Below the pieces are notes generated by a model, which saw only the letters and a program-made list of their open reading frames with translations, searched no databases and was not told the DNA's origin. This document shows, in pieces, positions 8,652-17,021 of a stretch of DNA of 32,000 nt. The stretch's first letter is position 1; every line of letters starts with the position of its first letter. A program made the position numbers and the translations under genes. Location of the stretch: contig CAJTWE010000002.1 in the NCBI GenBank assembly GCA_910579955.1, positions 71,554-103,553 of the forward strand. The letters are read 5' to 3'. This DNA comes from an uncultured Ruminococcus sp. (lineage in GTDB: Bacteria; Bacillota; Clostridia; Oscillospirales; Ruminococcaceae).

Positions 8652-9257
8652 GTGATGAAACGACTGGTTATGACTTTTACGGCACTTACAGGCTTTATTC
8701 TTTTTACAGCATGCGAAAGTACAGGAAATTCATCTGCTAAAGCAGAACAAAAACTAAGCGGAAGCTTTTCTACTGATATGATACTTGAATTGGATGATTT
8801 CACTGCAGAAGGCACACTCACAAGACTTGATTCTGGTATATGGAACGTATACTTTGAATCTCCATCTGAAATTGCAGGAATTAACCTTGATTTCAGTGGA
8901 GACAAAACAGAAGCTTCTTACAAAGGATTATCCTTTTCAGTTCCTCAGGCTGCTATGCCTTCAAAAGCCCTAATAACAGAACTCATAAAAGCTATAGATT
9001 CTATTGCAGAATCAGAAGATATTGCAGGAAACAAAAAAGATGATCTTATTGAATTAGAAGGTGAGCTTGAAGGTGAAAAGTACATATTATACCTAAATAG
9101 CGACGGCAGTCTTGCTGAATTTCGTATGGATAATATGGGCGGATTTATAACATTTGATAATTTTAGCTCAGATGTTAAAATAACAACAACTGCAACAACG
9201 ATTGAATCACTTGTCGTTACAACTACTGAAACTGTACCAAGTGATTCAAATCAATAA
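8652..9257 (+). CDS. Hypothetical lipoprotein with a Thr-rich C-terminal tail
   Basis: Signal peptide with lipobox LFTA-C (MKRLVMTFTALTGFILFTACES). GTG at 8652 or, more likely, ATG at 8655, with a GGAGA RBS. The tail is KITTTATTIESLVVTTTETV. Confidence 0.72.
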   Translation: MMKRLVMTFTALTGFILFTACESTGNSSAKAEQKLSGSFSTDMILELDDFTAEGTLTRLDSGIWNVYFESPSEIAGINLDFSGDKTEASYKGLSFSVPQAAMPSKALITELIKAIDSIAESEDIAGNKKDDLIELEGELEGEKYILYLNSDGSLAEFRMDNMGGFITFDNFSSDVKITTTATTIESLVVTTTETVPSDSNQ

Positions 9258-9268
9258 TAATAAATATT

Positions 9269-9303
9269 GAAGCACTTCGCAAAATATATGCGAAGTGCTT
9301 TTA
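9269..9303 (+). terminator. Rho-independent terminator after the lipoprotein gene
   Basis: Stem AGCACTTCGC(9271-9280)/GCGAAGTGCT(9290-9299) followed by TTTT. Confidence 0.7.
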
Positions 9304-9344
9304 ATATAATTATATCTATATTGTAAAAGTAGATAAGTAAGGTA

Positions 9345-9373
9345 TTGCATTTTGAAATTGATTATGGTATAAT
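9345..9373 (+). promoter_or_regulatory. Sigma-A type promoter for the MetRS-family gene
   Basis: TTGCAT (9345-9350), 17-nt spacer, TG-extended TATAAT (9368-9373). Only about 35 nt of leader remains, so there is no room for a T-box. Confidence 0.65.
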
Positions 9374-9413
9374 ATTTTAGATAATCACTTTATATCCGAA
9401 AGGACTGAAAACT

Positions 9414-11432
9414 ATGTCAAATAAACAAAATGGAAATAAAAAGAATTTCGAAATTCCTCGACCTGTGTTTCCAAAGAGAGCCATTGTCACTGGTGGTATG
9501 CCATATGGCAATAAGGAACTTCACTTTGGTCATGTAGGTGGAATGCTTGTATTTGCTGATACTTATGCACGTTTTCTTCGTGATCGTATCGGTAAAGAAA
9601 ATGTTATATTTGTAAGTGGTACTGATTGCTATGGCTCACCTATAGCTGAAAGTTGGAGACAAAAATGTACCAAGGGTGAATTTAATGGTTCATTAGTTGA
9701 TTTCGTACTCAGAAATCACGAAAAGCAAAAGAAAACTCTTGAATCTTACGCTATATCTCCAAATTTCTTTGGTGCGTCTGGTCTTGATCCTGCAAAAGAT
9801 GTTCATGCCAAATATACTCTTGAATTTTTACAGTCTCTGTATGATAAGGGTCAGCTTGATCGCATAACAACAATGCAGTTCTTTGACGAAAAGGCTGGAG
9901 TTTTTCTTAACGGCAGACAAGTAATAGGCAAATGTCCTGTTGAAGGCTGCACTTCTGAAAAAGGATATGCTGACGAATGTGATCTTGGTCATCAGTATAT
10001 GCCTGAAAATCTTTTGAATCCTGTAAGCACTCTGACAGGTGAAACTCCCACTATGAAACCTGTTACCAACTGGTATTTCAAACTTCGTGATTATGAAAAG
10101 CTACTTAAAGAATGGGTTGAAGAACTCCAAAAGCGAAAAGATGTAAGACCTGTTGTGTACAAAACTATTTCAGAGTTTTTAAAGCCTCCGGTTATTTATG
10201 TAAAGCGTGAATTTGAAGAAAAATATCTTGAACTTCGCAAAAATATGCCCGAGCACACTTATCTTGAAGAAAAGAAAAAGCCATCCTTTACAATTGAATT
10301 TACTACACTTTCAGACTGTGACGAAGCTTGTAGAATTCTTACTCAGAATCAAATTCGATATCGTACAGGAAAAACTCTTGTTCCATTTAGATTAACAGGC
10401 AATATTGAATGGGGAGTACCTGCACCTGAATTAGAGGGCTCAGAAGGACTAACTGTTTGGGTATGGCCTGAATCACTTTGGGCTCCAATTTCTTTTACTA
10501 AAACCTTTCTTAAAAATTCAGGACATGATGAGTCCGAATGGAAGGATTACTGGTGCAGTAAAGACTCAACTGTATATCAATTCATAGGACAAGATAATAT
10601 TTATTTCTATGGTATTGCAGAACCCGCAATGTGGATGGCACAGCAGTCTACTACTGAAAAAACATCTAAACCTATTGATGGTGACCTTCAGATGCCTATA
10701 ATTGTAGCAAATCATCACATTCTTTTCCTTGATAAAAAAGCATCAAGCTCTGGAGCTGTAAAGCCGCCTATGGCTGACGATTTGCTTAACTATTACACAC
10801 CTGAACAGCTTAGAATGCACTGGTTAGGATTAGGTTTGGGTCAGCGTTCTGTAAGCTTTATGCCAAAGCCATATAATCCTGATGCTAAACCAGAAGATGC
10901 AGATCCAGTTGTAAAAGATGGTCTTCTCCTCTCAAATGTTTACAATAGGATAATACGTACTGCTTTTTATACAACTCAAAAAGAATTGGACGGCATTATG
11001 CCAACCAAACAGCCAGAAGAGAATGTTCTTGCTGATGCCAAAAAAGCTGTACTTGATTATGAGCGTCATATGTCTAAGTTTGCATTTCATCAATGCACTT
11101 ATGTACTTGACAGCTATATTAGAAATTCCAGTAAATATATGTCCAAAGCACTAAAACCCGATGTTCTATCTAAGGACGAGCTTTCACAAGTGCTTTCCAA
11201 TCTTTTCTACATGATACGTATTGCTGGTATACTGCTGCACCCAATGGCACCTATAGGCACTGAAAAGCTTCGTGAATATTTACAGGTCGACGAAAGAATA
11301 TGGTCATGGGATACTATTTTTGAGCCGCTGACTTATTTCACAGAAGAAAATCATAAACTGAAATTCCTTCCGCCTAGAACCGACTTCTTCACACGCCATG
11401 AAAGTCAATTTTCTCAGGCAGAAGAAGATTAA
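9414..11432 (+). CDS. Class I aminoacyl-tRNA ligase of the methionyl-tRNA synthetase family, with atypical active-site motifs
   Basis: By-eye alignment to E. coli MetRS: PYGNKELHFGH vs PYANGSIHLGH (HIGH); a CP-knuckle connective peptide (CPVEGC...ECDLGH, then L.NP.S..TG..P); FIGQDNIYFYG vs FIGKDIVYFHS. The KMSKS position reads KASSS. There is no C-terminal Trbp111-like domain. Confidence 0.8.
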   Translation: MSNKQNGNKKNFEIPRPVFPKRAIVTGGMPYGNKELHFGHVGGMLVFADTYARFLRDRIGKENVIFVSGTDCYGSPIAESWRQKCTKGEFNGSLVDFVLRNHEKQKKTLESYAISPNFFGASGLDPAKDVHAKYTLEFLQSLYDKGQLDRITTMQFFDEKAGVFLNGRQVIGKCPVEGCTSEKGYADECDLGHQYMPENLLNPVSTLTGETPTMKPVTNWYFKLRDYEKLLKEWVEELQKRKDVRPVVYKTISEFLKPPVIYVKREFEEKYLELRKNMPEHTYLEEKKKPSFTIEFTTLSDCDEACRILTQNQIRYRTGKTLVPFRLTGNIEWGVPAPELEGSEGLTVWVWPESLWAPISFTKTFLKNSGHDESEWKDYWCSKDSTVYQFIGQDNIYFYGIAEPAMWMAQQSTTEKTSKPIDGDLQMPIIVANHHILFLDKKASSSGAVKPPMADDLLNYYTPEQLRMHWLGLGLGQRSVSFMPKPYNPDAKPEDADPVVKDGLLLSNVYNRIIRTAFYTTQKELDGIMPTKQPEENVLADAKKAVLDYERHMSKFAFHQCTYVLDSYIRNSSKYMSKALKPDVLSKDELSQVLSNLFYMIRIAGILLHPMAPIGTEKLREYLQVDERIWSWDTIFEPLTYFTEENHKLKFLPPRTDFFTRHESQFSQAEED

Positions 11433-11456
11433 ACTTTGAATTCAACTAATAAAAAT

Positions 11457-11492
11457 GCTGCTGCATTTCATTTCAAATTGCAGCAGTTTTTT
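11457..11492 (+). terminator. Rho-independent terminator after the MetRS-family gene
   Basis: Stem CTGCTGCA(11458-11465)/TGCAGCAG(11479-11486) followed by TTTTTT. Confidence 0.7.
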
Positions 11493-11528
11493 ATTAGTTA
11501 AAAAATTATAAAATATAAAAAACTTGGC

Positions 11529-11557
11529 TTGACAAAATCTTGCTTACGTTATATAAT
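11529..11557 (+). promoter_or_regulatory. Consensus sigma-A promoter for the valS T-box leader
   Basis: TTGACA (11529-11534), 17-nt spacer, TATAAT (11552-11557). Confidence 0.72.
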
Positions 11558-11563
11558 ATTAAA

Positions 11564-11836
11564 TATAATGCTGTGATGAGAAGTAGTAGATGTGGCTCTG
11601 ATGTGCAGAGAGAAAACAGTTGGTGAGAGTTTTCCATTATCCATATTGAAGTAGTCTCGGAGCACTGCAAGTGAAGCTTTATTTGTGTGTAGTTTGCAGC
11701 GGTTATCTCCCGTTATAGAGAAGTGCTTAAAAAATAAGCACATGAGTGCAGACTTTTATTGTCTGAATTCAGGTGGTATCACGGACAAAAAACTGTTCGC
11801 CCTGAGATTTTCTGTTTTGAAATCTCAGGTTTTTTT
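11564..11836 (+). promoter_or_regulatory. T-box riboswitch leader, Val-specific (specifier GUA)
   Basis: GA motif (UGAUGAGAAG), AGAGAG...GGUGAGA, and a candidate specifier GUA-G at 11651-11653. The T-box sequence AAUUCAGGUGGUAUCACGG (11766-11784) is followed by terminator CCUGAGAUUU/AAAUCUCAGG (11801-11829) plus U7. Confidence 0.85.
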
Positions 11837-11876
11837 GTATCTAATTATACTAATATCATCACAAGGAGCTTTCAGT

Positions 11877-14498
11877 ATGAAAAAAGAATTGGCAAAGGCT
11901 TATCAGCCAAAAGAATTTGAAGATCGAATATATGCTCTATGGAATAATAAAGGATATTTCAAGGCTACTCCTGATTCTAAGAAAAAACCATATACAATAG
12001 TTATTCCTCCCCCAAATATAACAGGTCAGTTACATATGGGTCATGCGCTCGATGAAACTCTCCAAGATATTCTTATTCGCTGGAAAAGAATGTCTGGTTA
12101 CTGCACACTGTGGCTGCCTGGCACAGACCATGCAGCTATCGCAACAGAAGCTAAAATCGTTGAGGCTATGCGTAAAGAAGGCATTACAAAAGAAGATCTT
12201 GGCAGAGACGGCTTTATGAAACGTGCATGGGAGTGGAAAAAACAATATGGAGGCAGAATCGTTGAACAGCTCAAAAAGCTCGGCTCTTCCTGCGATTGGT
12301 CAAGAGAACGTTTTACTATGGACGAGGGCTGCTCAAAAGCAGTAAAGGAAGTTTTTATTAAATATTATGAAAAAGGTCTCATATATAGAGGGGAAAGAAT
12401 CATCAACTGGTGTCCAAAATGTAAAACCTCCCTTTCTGATGCCGAAGTAAACTATGAAGATCAGGCAGGACATTTCTGGCATCTACGCTATAAAATCAAA
12501 GATTCCGACAAATATTTGGAACTTGCTACAACACGTCCTGAAACACTTCTCGGCGACACAGCTGTTGCTGTTAATCCCTCTGATGAACGTTATAAGGATT
12601 TAATAGGAAAGTCAGTTATTCTGCCTATCGTCCATCGTGAGATTCCAATCGTAGCTGATGATTACGTTGAAATGGATTTCGGTACGGGTGTTGTAAAAAT
12701 TACACCGGCTCATGACCCTAATGACTTTGAAGTAGGTCTTCGCCATAACTTGCCTATTATTAATGTGATGACAGATGAAGCAAAAATCACTGATGATTAT
12801 CCTAAATATGCAGGCATGGACAGATATGAAGCAAGAAAAGTAATCGTATCTGATCTTGAAGCTGAGGGAGCTCTTGTAAAAATTGAAGATTACAGCCATA
12901 ATGTAGGCACATGCTACAGATGTGGTACTACAGTTGAACCAAGAATTTCAACTCAATGGTTTGTTAAAATGAAGCCTCTTGCTCAACCAGCTATAGATGC
13001 TGTAAAAAATGGCGATACAAAATTTGTACCTGAACGTTTTGATAAGATTTATTTCCACTGGCTAGAAAATATCCGTGACTGGTGTATTTCAAGACAAATC
13101 TGGTGGGGTCATCAAATACCTGCATTCTACTGCGATGATTGCGGTGAAATGATAGTTACTAAAGAAGATAGTGCTGTTTGTCCGAAATGCGGAAAATCCA
13201 TGAGACAAGATCCAGATACTCTTGATACATGGTTCAGTTCAGCACTGTGGCCTTTTTCTACTTTGGGCTGGCCTGATAAAACAGAAGATCTAGATTATTT
13301 CTATCCTACCAATACTCTGGTTACAGGATATGACATTATCTTTTTCTGGGTTATAAGAATGATGTTCAGTGGTCTGGAAAATATGGGCAAGGCTCCTTTC
13401 AATACTGTTTTAATTCATGGACTTGTACGTGATTCTCAAGGCAGAAAAATGTCAAAATCACTAGGTAACGGCATAGACCCTCTTGAAGTCATTGATGAAT
13501 ATGGTGCAGATGCTCTGAGATTTATGCTTGCAACAGGTAATTCTCCGGGAAATGACATGAGATACATTGATGATAAGGTAAAGGCTGCAAGAAATTTTGC
13601 AAACAAACTTTGGAATGCTTCAAGATTTATCATGATGAATCTGCCTGAAAATTTCAAATTTACAGGACTTCCGAATAAACTTCGCATGGAGGATCAATGG
13701 ATAATATCCAAGTTCAACGATCTTGCCAAGGAAGTAGGGGAGAATCTTGATAAGTTTGAGATAGGTGTTGCAAGTGCTAAAATCTACGACTTTATATGGG
13801 ATGTATTCTGCGACTGGTATATTGAATTAACCAAACCGAGAATTATTGCAGGTGGCGAATCCATGGCTGATGCACAATCTGTCCTCGTTTGGGTAATGCG
13901 TGGAATGCTTAAGCTTCTACACCCATTTATGCCATATATTACCGAAGAGATCTGGCAAGTTCTTACAGATGAGGAATCTATGATCATTTTAGAGAACTAT
14001 CCAGTATACGAGGAAAAGTACTGTTACGCTGAAAGTGCTGCTCAATTTGAAAAGATAATAGCAGCTATTAGAGCCGTAAGAAACCGTCGTACAGAAATGA
14101 ATGTTCCACCATCACGTAAAGCAAAAATTTATATTGAAACAAACGAAGAAGAGCTTTACAAATCCTGTGCTATCTTTTTTGAAAAGCTTGCTTCCGCTTC
14201 TGAAATTGAGGTTGGAACTTCATTTAATATGCCTGATGCTGTTACAGCTGTAACAGATACCGCACGTCTCTTTATTCCTATGTATGAACTTATAGATAAG
14301 GATAAAGAACTGGCACGCCTTAACAAAGAAAAAGAAAAGGTTCAGAAAGATATTGATTTTCTGAGCAAGAAGCTGTCAAATCAGGGATTTATTGCAAAAG
14401 CTCCGAAACAGCTTATTGATGCTGAACAAGAGAAGCTTAATAAGGCCAATGAGAAGATGGCTAAGCTTAATCAATCTATTGAAAGTATGATGTCTTAA
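11877..14498 (+). CDS. valS: Valine--tRNA ligase
   Basis: 873 aa from the ATG at 11877 (AAGGAG RBS at 11863-11868). N-terminus MKKELAKAYQPKEFE..IY..W, HIGH = HMGH, canonical KMSKS, C-terminal coiled coil. The ORF-track start at 11685 lies inside the T-box leader and is an artefact. Confidence 0.97.
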   Translation: MKKELAKAYQPKEFEDRIYALWNNKGYFKATPDSKKKPYTIVIPPPNITGQLHMGHALDETLQDILIRWKRMSGYCTLWLPGTDHAAIATEAKIVEAMRKEGITKEDLGRDGFMKRAWEWKKQYGGRIVEQLKKLGSSCDWSRERFTMDEGCSKAVKEVFIKYYEKGLIYRGERIINWCPKCKTSLSDAEVNYEDQAGHFWHLRYKIKDSDKYLELATTRPETLLGDTAVAVNPSDERYKDLIGKSVILPIVHREIPIVADDYVEMDFGTGVVKITPAHDPNDFEVGLRHNLPIINVMTDEAKITDDYPKYAGMDRYEARKVIVSDLEAEGALVKIEDYSHNVGTCYRCGTTVEPRISTQWFVKMKPLAQPAIDAVKNGDTKFVPERFDKIYFHWLENIRDWCISRQIWWGHQIPAFYCDDCGEMIVTKEDSAVCPKCGKSMRQDPDTLDTWFSSALWPFSTLGWPDKTEDLDYFYPTNTLVTGYDIIFFWVIRMMFSGLENMGKAPFNTVLIHGLVRDSQGRKMSKSLGNGIDPLEVIDEYGADALRFMLATGNSPGNDMRYIDDKVKAARNFANKLWNASRFIMMNLPENFKFTGLPNKLRMEDQWIISKFNDLAKEVGENLDKFEIGVASAKIYDFIWDVFCDWYIELTKPRIIAGGESMADAQSVLVWVMRGMLKLLHPFMPYITEEIWQVLTDEESMIILENYPVYEEKYCYAESAAQFEKIIAAIRAVRNRRTEMNVPPSRKAKIYIETNEEELYKSCAIFFEKLASASEIEVGTSFNMPDAVTAVTDTARLFIPMYELIDKDKELARLNKEKEKVQKDIDFLSKKLSNQGFIAKAPKQLIDAEQEKLNKANEKMAKLNQSIESMMS

Positions 14499-14507
14499 AT
14501 TATAAAA

Positions 14508-14538
14508 ACCTGCACACCACTATAGTGTGCAGGTTTTG
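14508..14538 (+). terminator. Hairpin or attenuating terminator between valS and folC
   Basis: Stem ACCTGCACAC(14508-14517)/GTGTGCAGGT(14525-14534) followed by a short TTTT. Confidence 0.6.
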
Positions 14539-14566
14539 AAATTATGATTGGAGTAGGGGACTGTTT

Positions 14567-15832
14567 ATGACATATAAAGAATCTATGGCATATATTCAAG
14601 GATTTAGCAAAAGTGGATCACCGGTTAAAAATCTTTCAAGGATAAAAAGTCTTTTAAATGAGATTGATAATCCACAAGATAAAATGAAATTCGTTCATAT
14701 CGCAGGTACAAATGGAAAAGGTTCTACGCTTTCTCTAAGTTCTGCTGCTGCTATTGAAGCTGGATTTAAAGTAGGGCAGTTTACTTCACCATATATGATC
14801 CGTTATAATGATCGTATTCGTATAAATAACGAAGATATTTCAGATGAAAATATTGCAGAGCTATGCACTATCATATCAAAATGCCACATTGCTCCAGAAT
14901 GTTCACAATTTGAGATAACTTTTGCAATTGCACTCCTTTATTTTCTACAGGAAAAATGTGACATAGTATTTCTGGAAACAGGTCTCGGCGGACTTCTTGA
15001 CGCTACAAATGTAATCAAAGATCCTTTAGTAAGTGTAATTACATCTATTTCTCCAGATCATACTAATATTCTTGGAGAAACAATTCAGGAAATAGCCATG
15101 CATAAAGCAGGAATAATTAAGCAAGGATGTCCGGTAATATTGTCTGCTGATAATGATGAAACCATCTCAAGCATTGTTGCTGAGGTAGCAAGTAAAAAAA
15201 ATTCTGATCTCAAAATTCCAGATTTCAATGATTGTCGTATTATTGATGAATCACTTGACGGTACTATTTTTCAATATCATAGCATTGATTATACTATTAA
15301 AATGCCCGGAATCCATCAAATTTATAATGCACTTACTGCAATTGAAATCGTACGAATTCTCAGTATGCATGGATATCTGATTTCTGCTAGCAATGTTGCA
15401 GATGCCTTTGAAAAGGTTTGTGTTCCTGCAAGAATTCAGCAAATAGATAATAATCCACCTATATTACTTGACGGAAGTCACAATCAGGGCAGCATTATTG
15501 CACTCACAGATGTTTTAAGAATGTCAAATCATAGTCCAATAGTTATTATTTGTGGAATGCTTCGTTCCAAGGATTATAAAACTTCGTGTCATATTCTTTC
15601 TCAAGTTGCAGATTATGTTATATGCATAGATGATTTTTCAGATCTGTCAGTTCCAACAGAAGAACTGGAAACATATTTTTACGATTCATGTCCGGTAAAA
15701 TCTATGCCTCTTAATAAAGCTCTACCATTTGCACGTGAATTGATAGGGGATTCAAATGGTATAATCGCAATAAGCGGTTCGCTTTATCTTGCAAGTTGTT
15801 ATTTCAAAAAAAATGACTTTGACACCCTTTAA
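14567..15832 (+). CDS. folC: Bifunctional folylpolyglutamate synthase / dihydrofolate synthase
   Basis: Mur-ligase P-loop HIAGTNGKGST and FTSP....ERI-type motif. The valS-folC adjacency is the same as in Bacillus subtilis. Confidence 0.9.
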   Translation: MTYKESMAYIQGFSKSGSPVKNLSRIKSLLNEIDNPQDKMKFVHIAGTNGKGSTLSLSSAAAIEAGFKVGQFTSPYMIRYNDRIRINNEDISDENIAELCTIISKCHIAPECSQFEITFAIALLYFLQEKCDIVFLETGLGGLLDATNVIKDPLVSVITSISPDHTNILGETIQEIAMHKAGIIKQGCPVILSADNDETISSIVAEVASKKNSDLKIPDFNDCRIIDESLDGTIFQYHSIDYTIKMPGIHQIYNALTAIEIVRILSMHGYLISASNVADAFEKVCVPARIQQIDNNPPILLDGSHNQGSIIALTDVLRMSNHSPIVIICGMLRSKDYKTSCHILSQVADYVICIDDFSDLSVPTEELETYFYDSCPVKSMPLNKALPFARELIGDSNGIIAISGSLYLASCYFKKNDFDTL

Positions 15833-15888
15833 TATTATTTTACATGTTATTTTAGCTGTACAAGCTATAACATTTTTTCGTAAATAAA

Positions 15889-15929
15889 CATGAGTAAAAA
15901 AGAGCGGCGTTCGCTCTTTTTTACTCATG
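15889..15929. terminator. Bidirectional terminator: 18-bp perfect palindrome between folC and the recombinase gene
   Basis: CATGAGTAAAAAAGAGCG(15889-15906)/CGCTCTTTTTTACTCATG(15912-15929). The right arm overlaps the stop codon of the minus-strand recombinase gene. Confidence 0.65.
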
Positions 15930-16929
15930 TTTTATCTTTATCATTTTTATCTTTAATCATAAAATCAGCTAGTGGGGAACTTTCAGTAGCTCGTCTGATA
16001 TTTTCATTGGTTAAATGCGTATAAATTTCTGTTGTAGACGTACTCGCATGACCTAAAACTTCTTTTAATGTAAGAGCGTCTACATCTCCATATTGATACA
16101 TAAGAGTTGCCGCTGTATGACGAAGCTTATGGGTAGAATAGCCTAAACCGCCAAGTCCCGCAGCAGATAGAGTATTTTCTACGATCTGTTGAACTCGACG
16201 TTTACTTATCCTTGTATGACGTTTGCTTAAAAAAAAGGCACGTTCAGAATCATCATTTATCAGTTGCTCTCTGACAATCATATACTGGTCAATAGCATTC
16301 ATACACGCAGAATTTAAAAATACCATACGTTCTTTATTGCCTTTACCAAGCACTCGCATCTGACATTCATCAAGTATAAGATCAGTTATATTTAAACCCA
16401 CCAATTCACTTAGCCTTATTCCACAGTTCAAAAATAATGTTATTATACAAAAATCTCTTTCAAAAAAAGCTGTATCAATAGATTCCAGAAGCTTTCTGCT
16501 TTGTTCAAGAGTTAAGTATTTAGGAATACTTTTTTTTGTTGATGGTAACTCAAGTCTTTCTGTAGGGTCATGATCAATAATACATTGATCATTGGCTAAG
16601 TAACCAAAAAAACTTTTTAGTGCAGACGTTTTTCTACTACGTGCCAAAGCTTGATTTTCACGTTCTTCACGAATATAGTATAAAAACTCATAAAGAGTTT
16701 GCAATTGTACCTGGTTAAGAATATCTAGAGTCATATCTTTTATAGATATATCTTTCAAATCATTAATATCAGCACAACTTGGATCTTTCATCATCCTAAG
16801 ATATTTCAGAAAAAGTTTTATATCTAAATAATATTCGTGTACAGTACGTTTTGACAATCCCTTAGTAACTGTTATGTGAAAAATATAATCAAGTAAAAAT
16901 TCAGGACATTCAGTACGATCAATCTCCAA
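15925..16929 (-). CDS. Tyrosine site-specific recombinase, XerC/XerD-like
   Basis: TTG start with an AAGGAGAG RBS. C-terminal catalytic motifs G.R.SEL, HKLRHT.AT, LGH.S...T.IYTH. N-terminal SAM-like core-binding domain. Unusual K/D-rich tail (KDKNDKDKT). Confidence 0.85.
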   Translation of the reverse strand: MEIDRTECPEFLLDYIFHITVTKGLSKRTVHEYYLDIKLFLKYLRMMKDPSCADINDLKDISIKDMTLDILNQVQLQTLYEFLYYIREERENQALARSRKTSALKSFFGYLANDQCIIDHDPTERLELPSTKKSIPKYLTLEQSRKLLESIDTAFFERDFCIITLFLNCGIRLSELVGLNITDLILDECQMRVLGKGNKERMVFLNSACMNAIDQYMIVREQLINDDSERAFFLSKRHTRISKRRVQQIVENTLSAAGLGGLGYSTHKLRHTAATLMYQYGDVDALTLKEVLGHASTSTTEIYTHLTNENIRRATESSPLADFMIKDKNDKDKT

Positions 16930-16959
16930 AATCGCTCTCTCCTTTCAAAAAGCATTTCT

Positions 16960-16989
16960 AATTGCACCAAATTTGTATTTGGTGCAATT
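16960..16989 (-). terminator. Hairpin downstream of the COG2509 FAD-protein gene (weak terminator)
   Basis: 13-bp stem AATTGCACCAAAT/ATTTGGTGCAATT. The minus-strand T-tract is poor (AGAAATGCTTTTT). Confidence 0.4.
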
Positions 16990-17021
16990 GGGTTTTACAT
17001 CTCTCCCGTCTATTTTTGCTT

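Noticed and set aside
8633-8905. A 90-aa minus-strand ORF overlapping the lipoprotein gene start.
   Set aside because: It is antisense to an ORF that has an RBS, a signal peptide and a lipobox. It has no features of its own.
11685-11876. The ORF-track 5' extension of valS, giving a 937-aa version that starts at 11685.
   Set aside because: The extension runs through the T-box leader, including its terminator hairpin and U-run. The ATG at 11877 has an AAGGAG RBS and yields the canonical ValRS N-terminus.
14508-14566. The idea that valS and folC are independent units because of the hairpin between them.
   Set aside because: The hairpin has only a short T-run and no promoter is visible before folC. 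valS-folC co-transcription is the known arrangement in Bacillus, so I treat the hairpin as a partial attenuator and cannot decide further from sequence.
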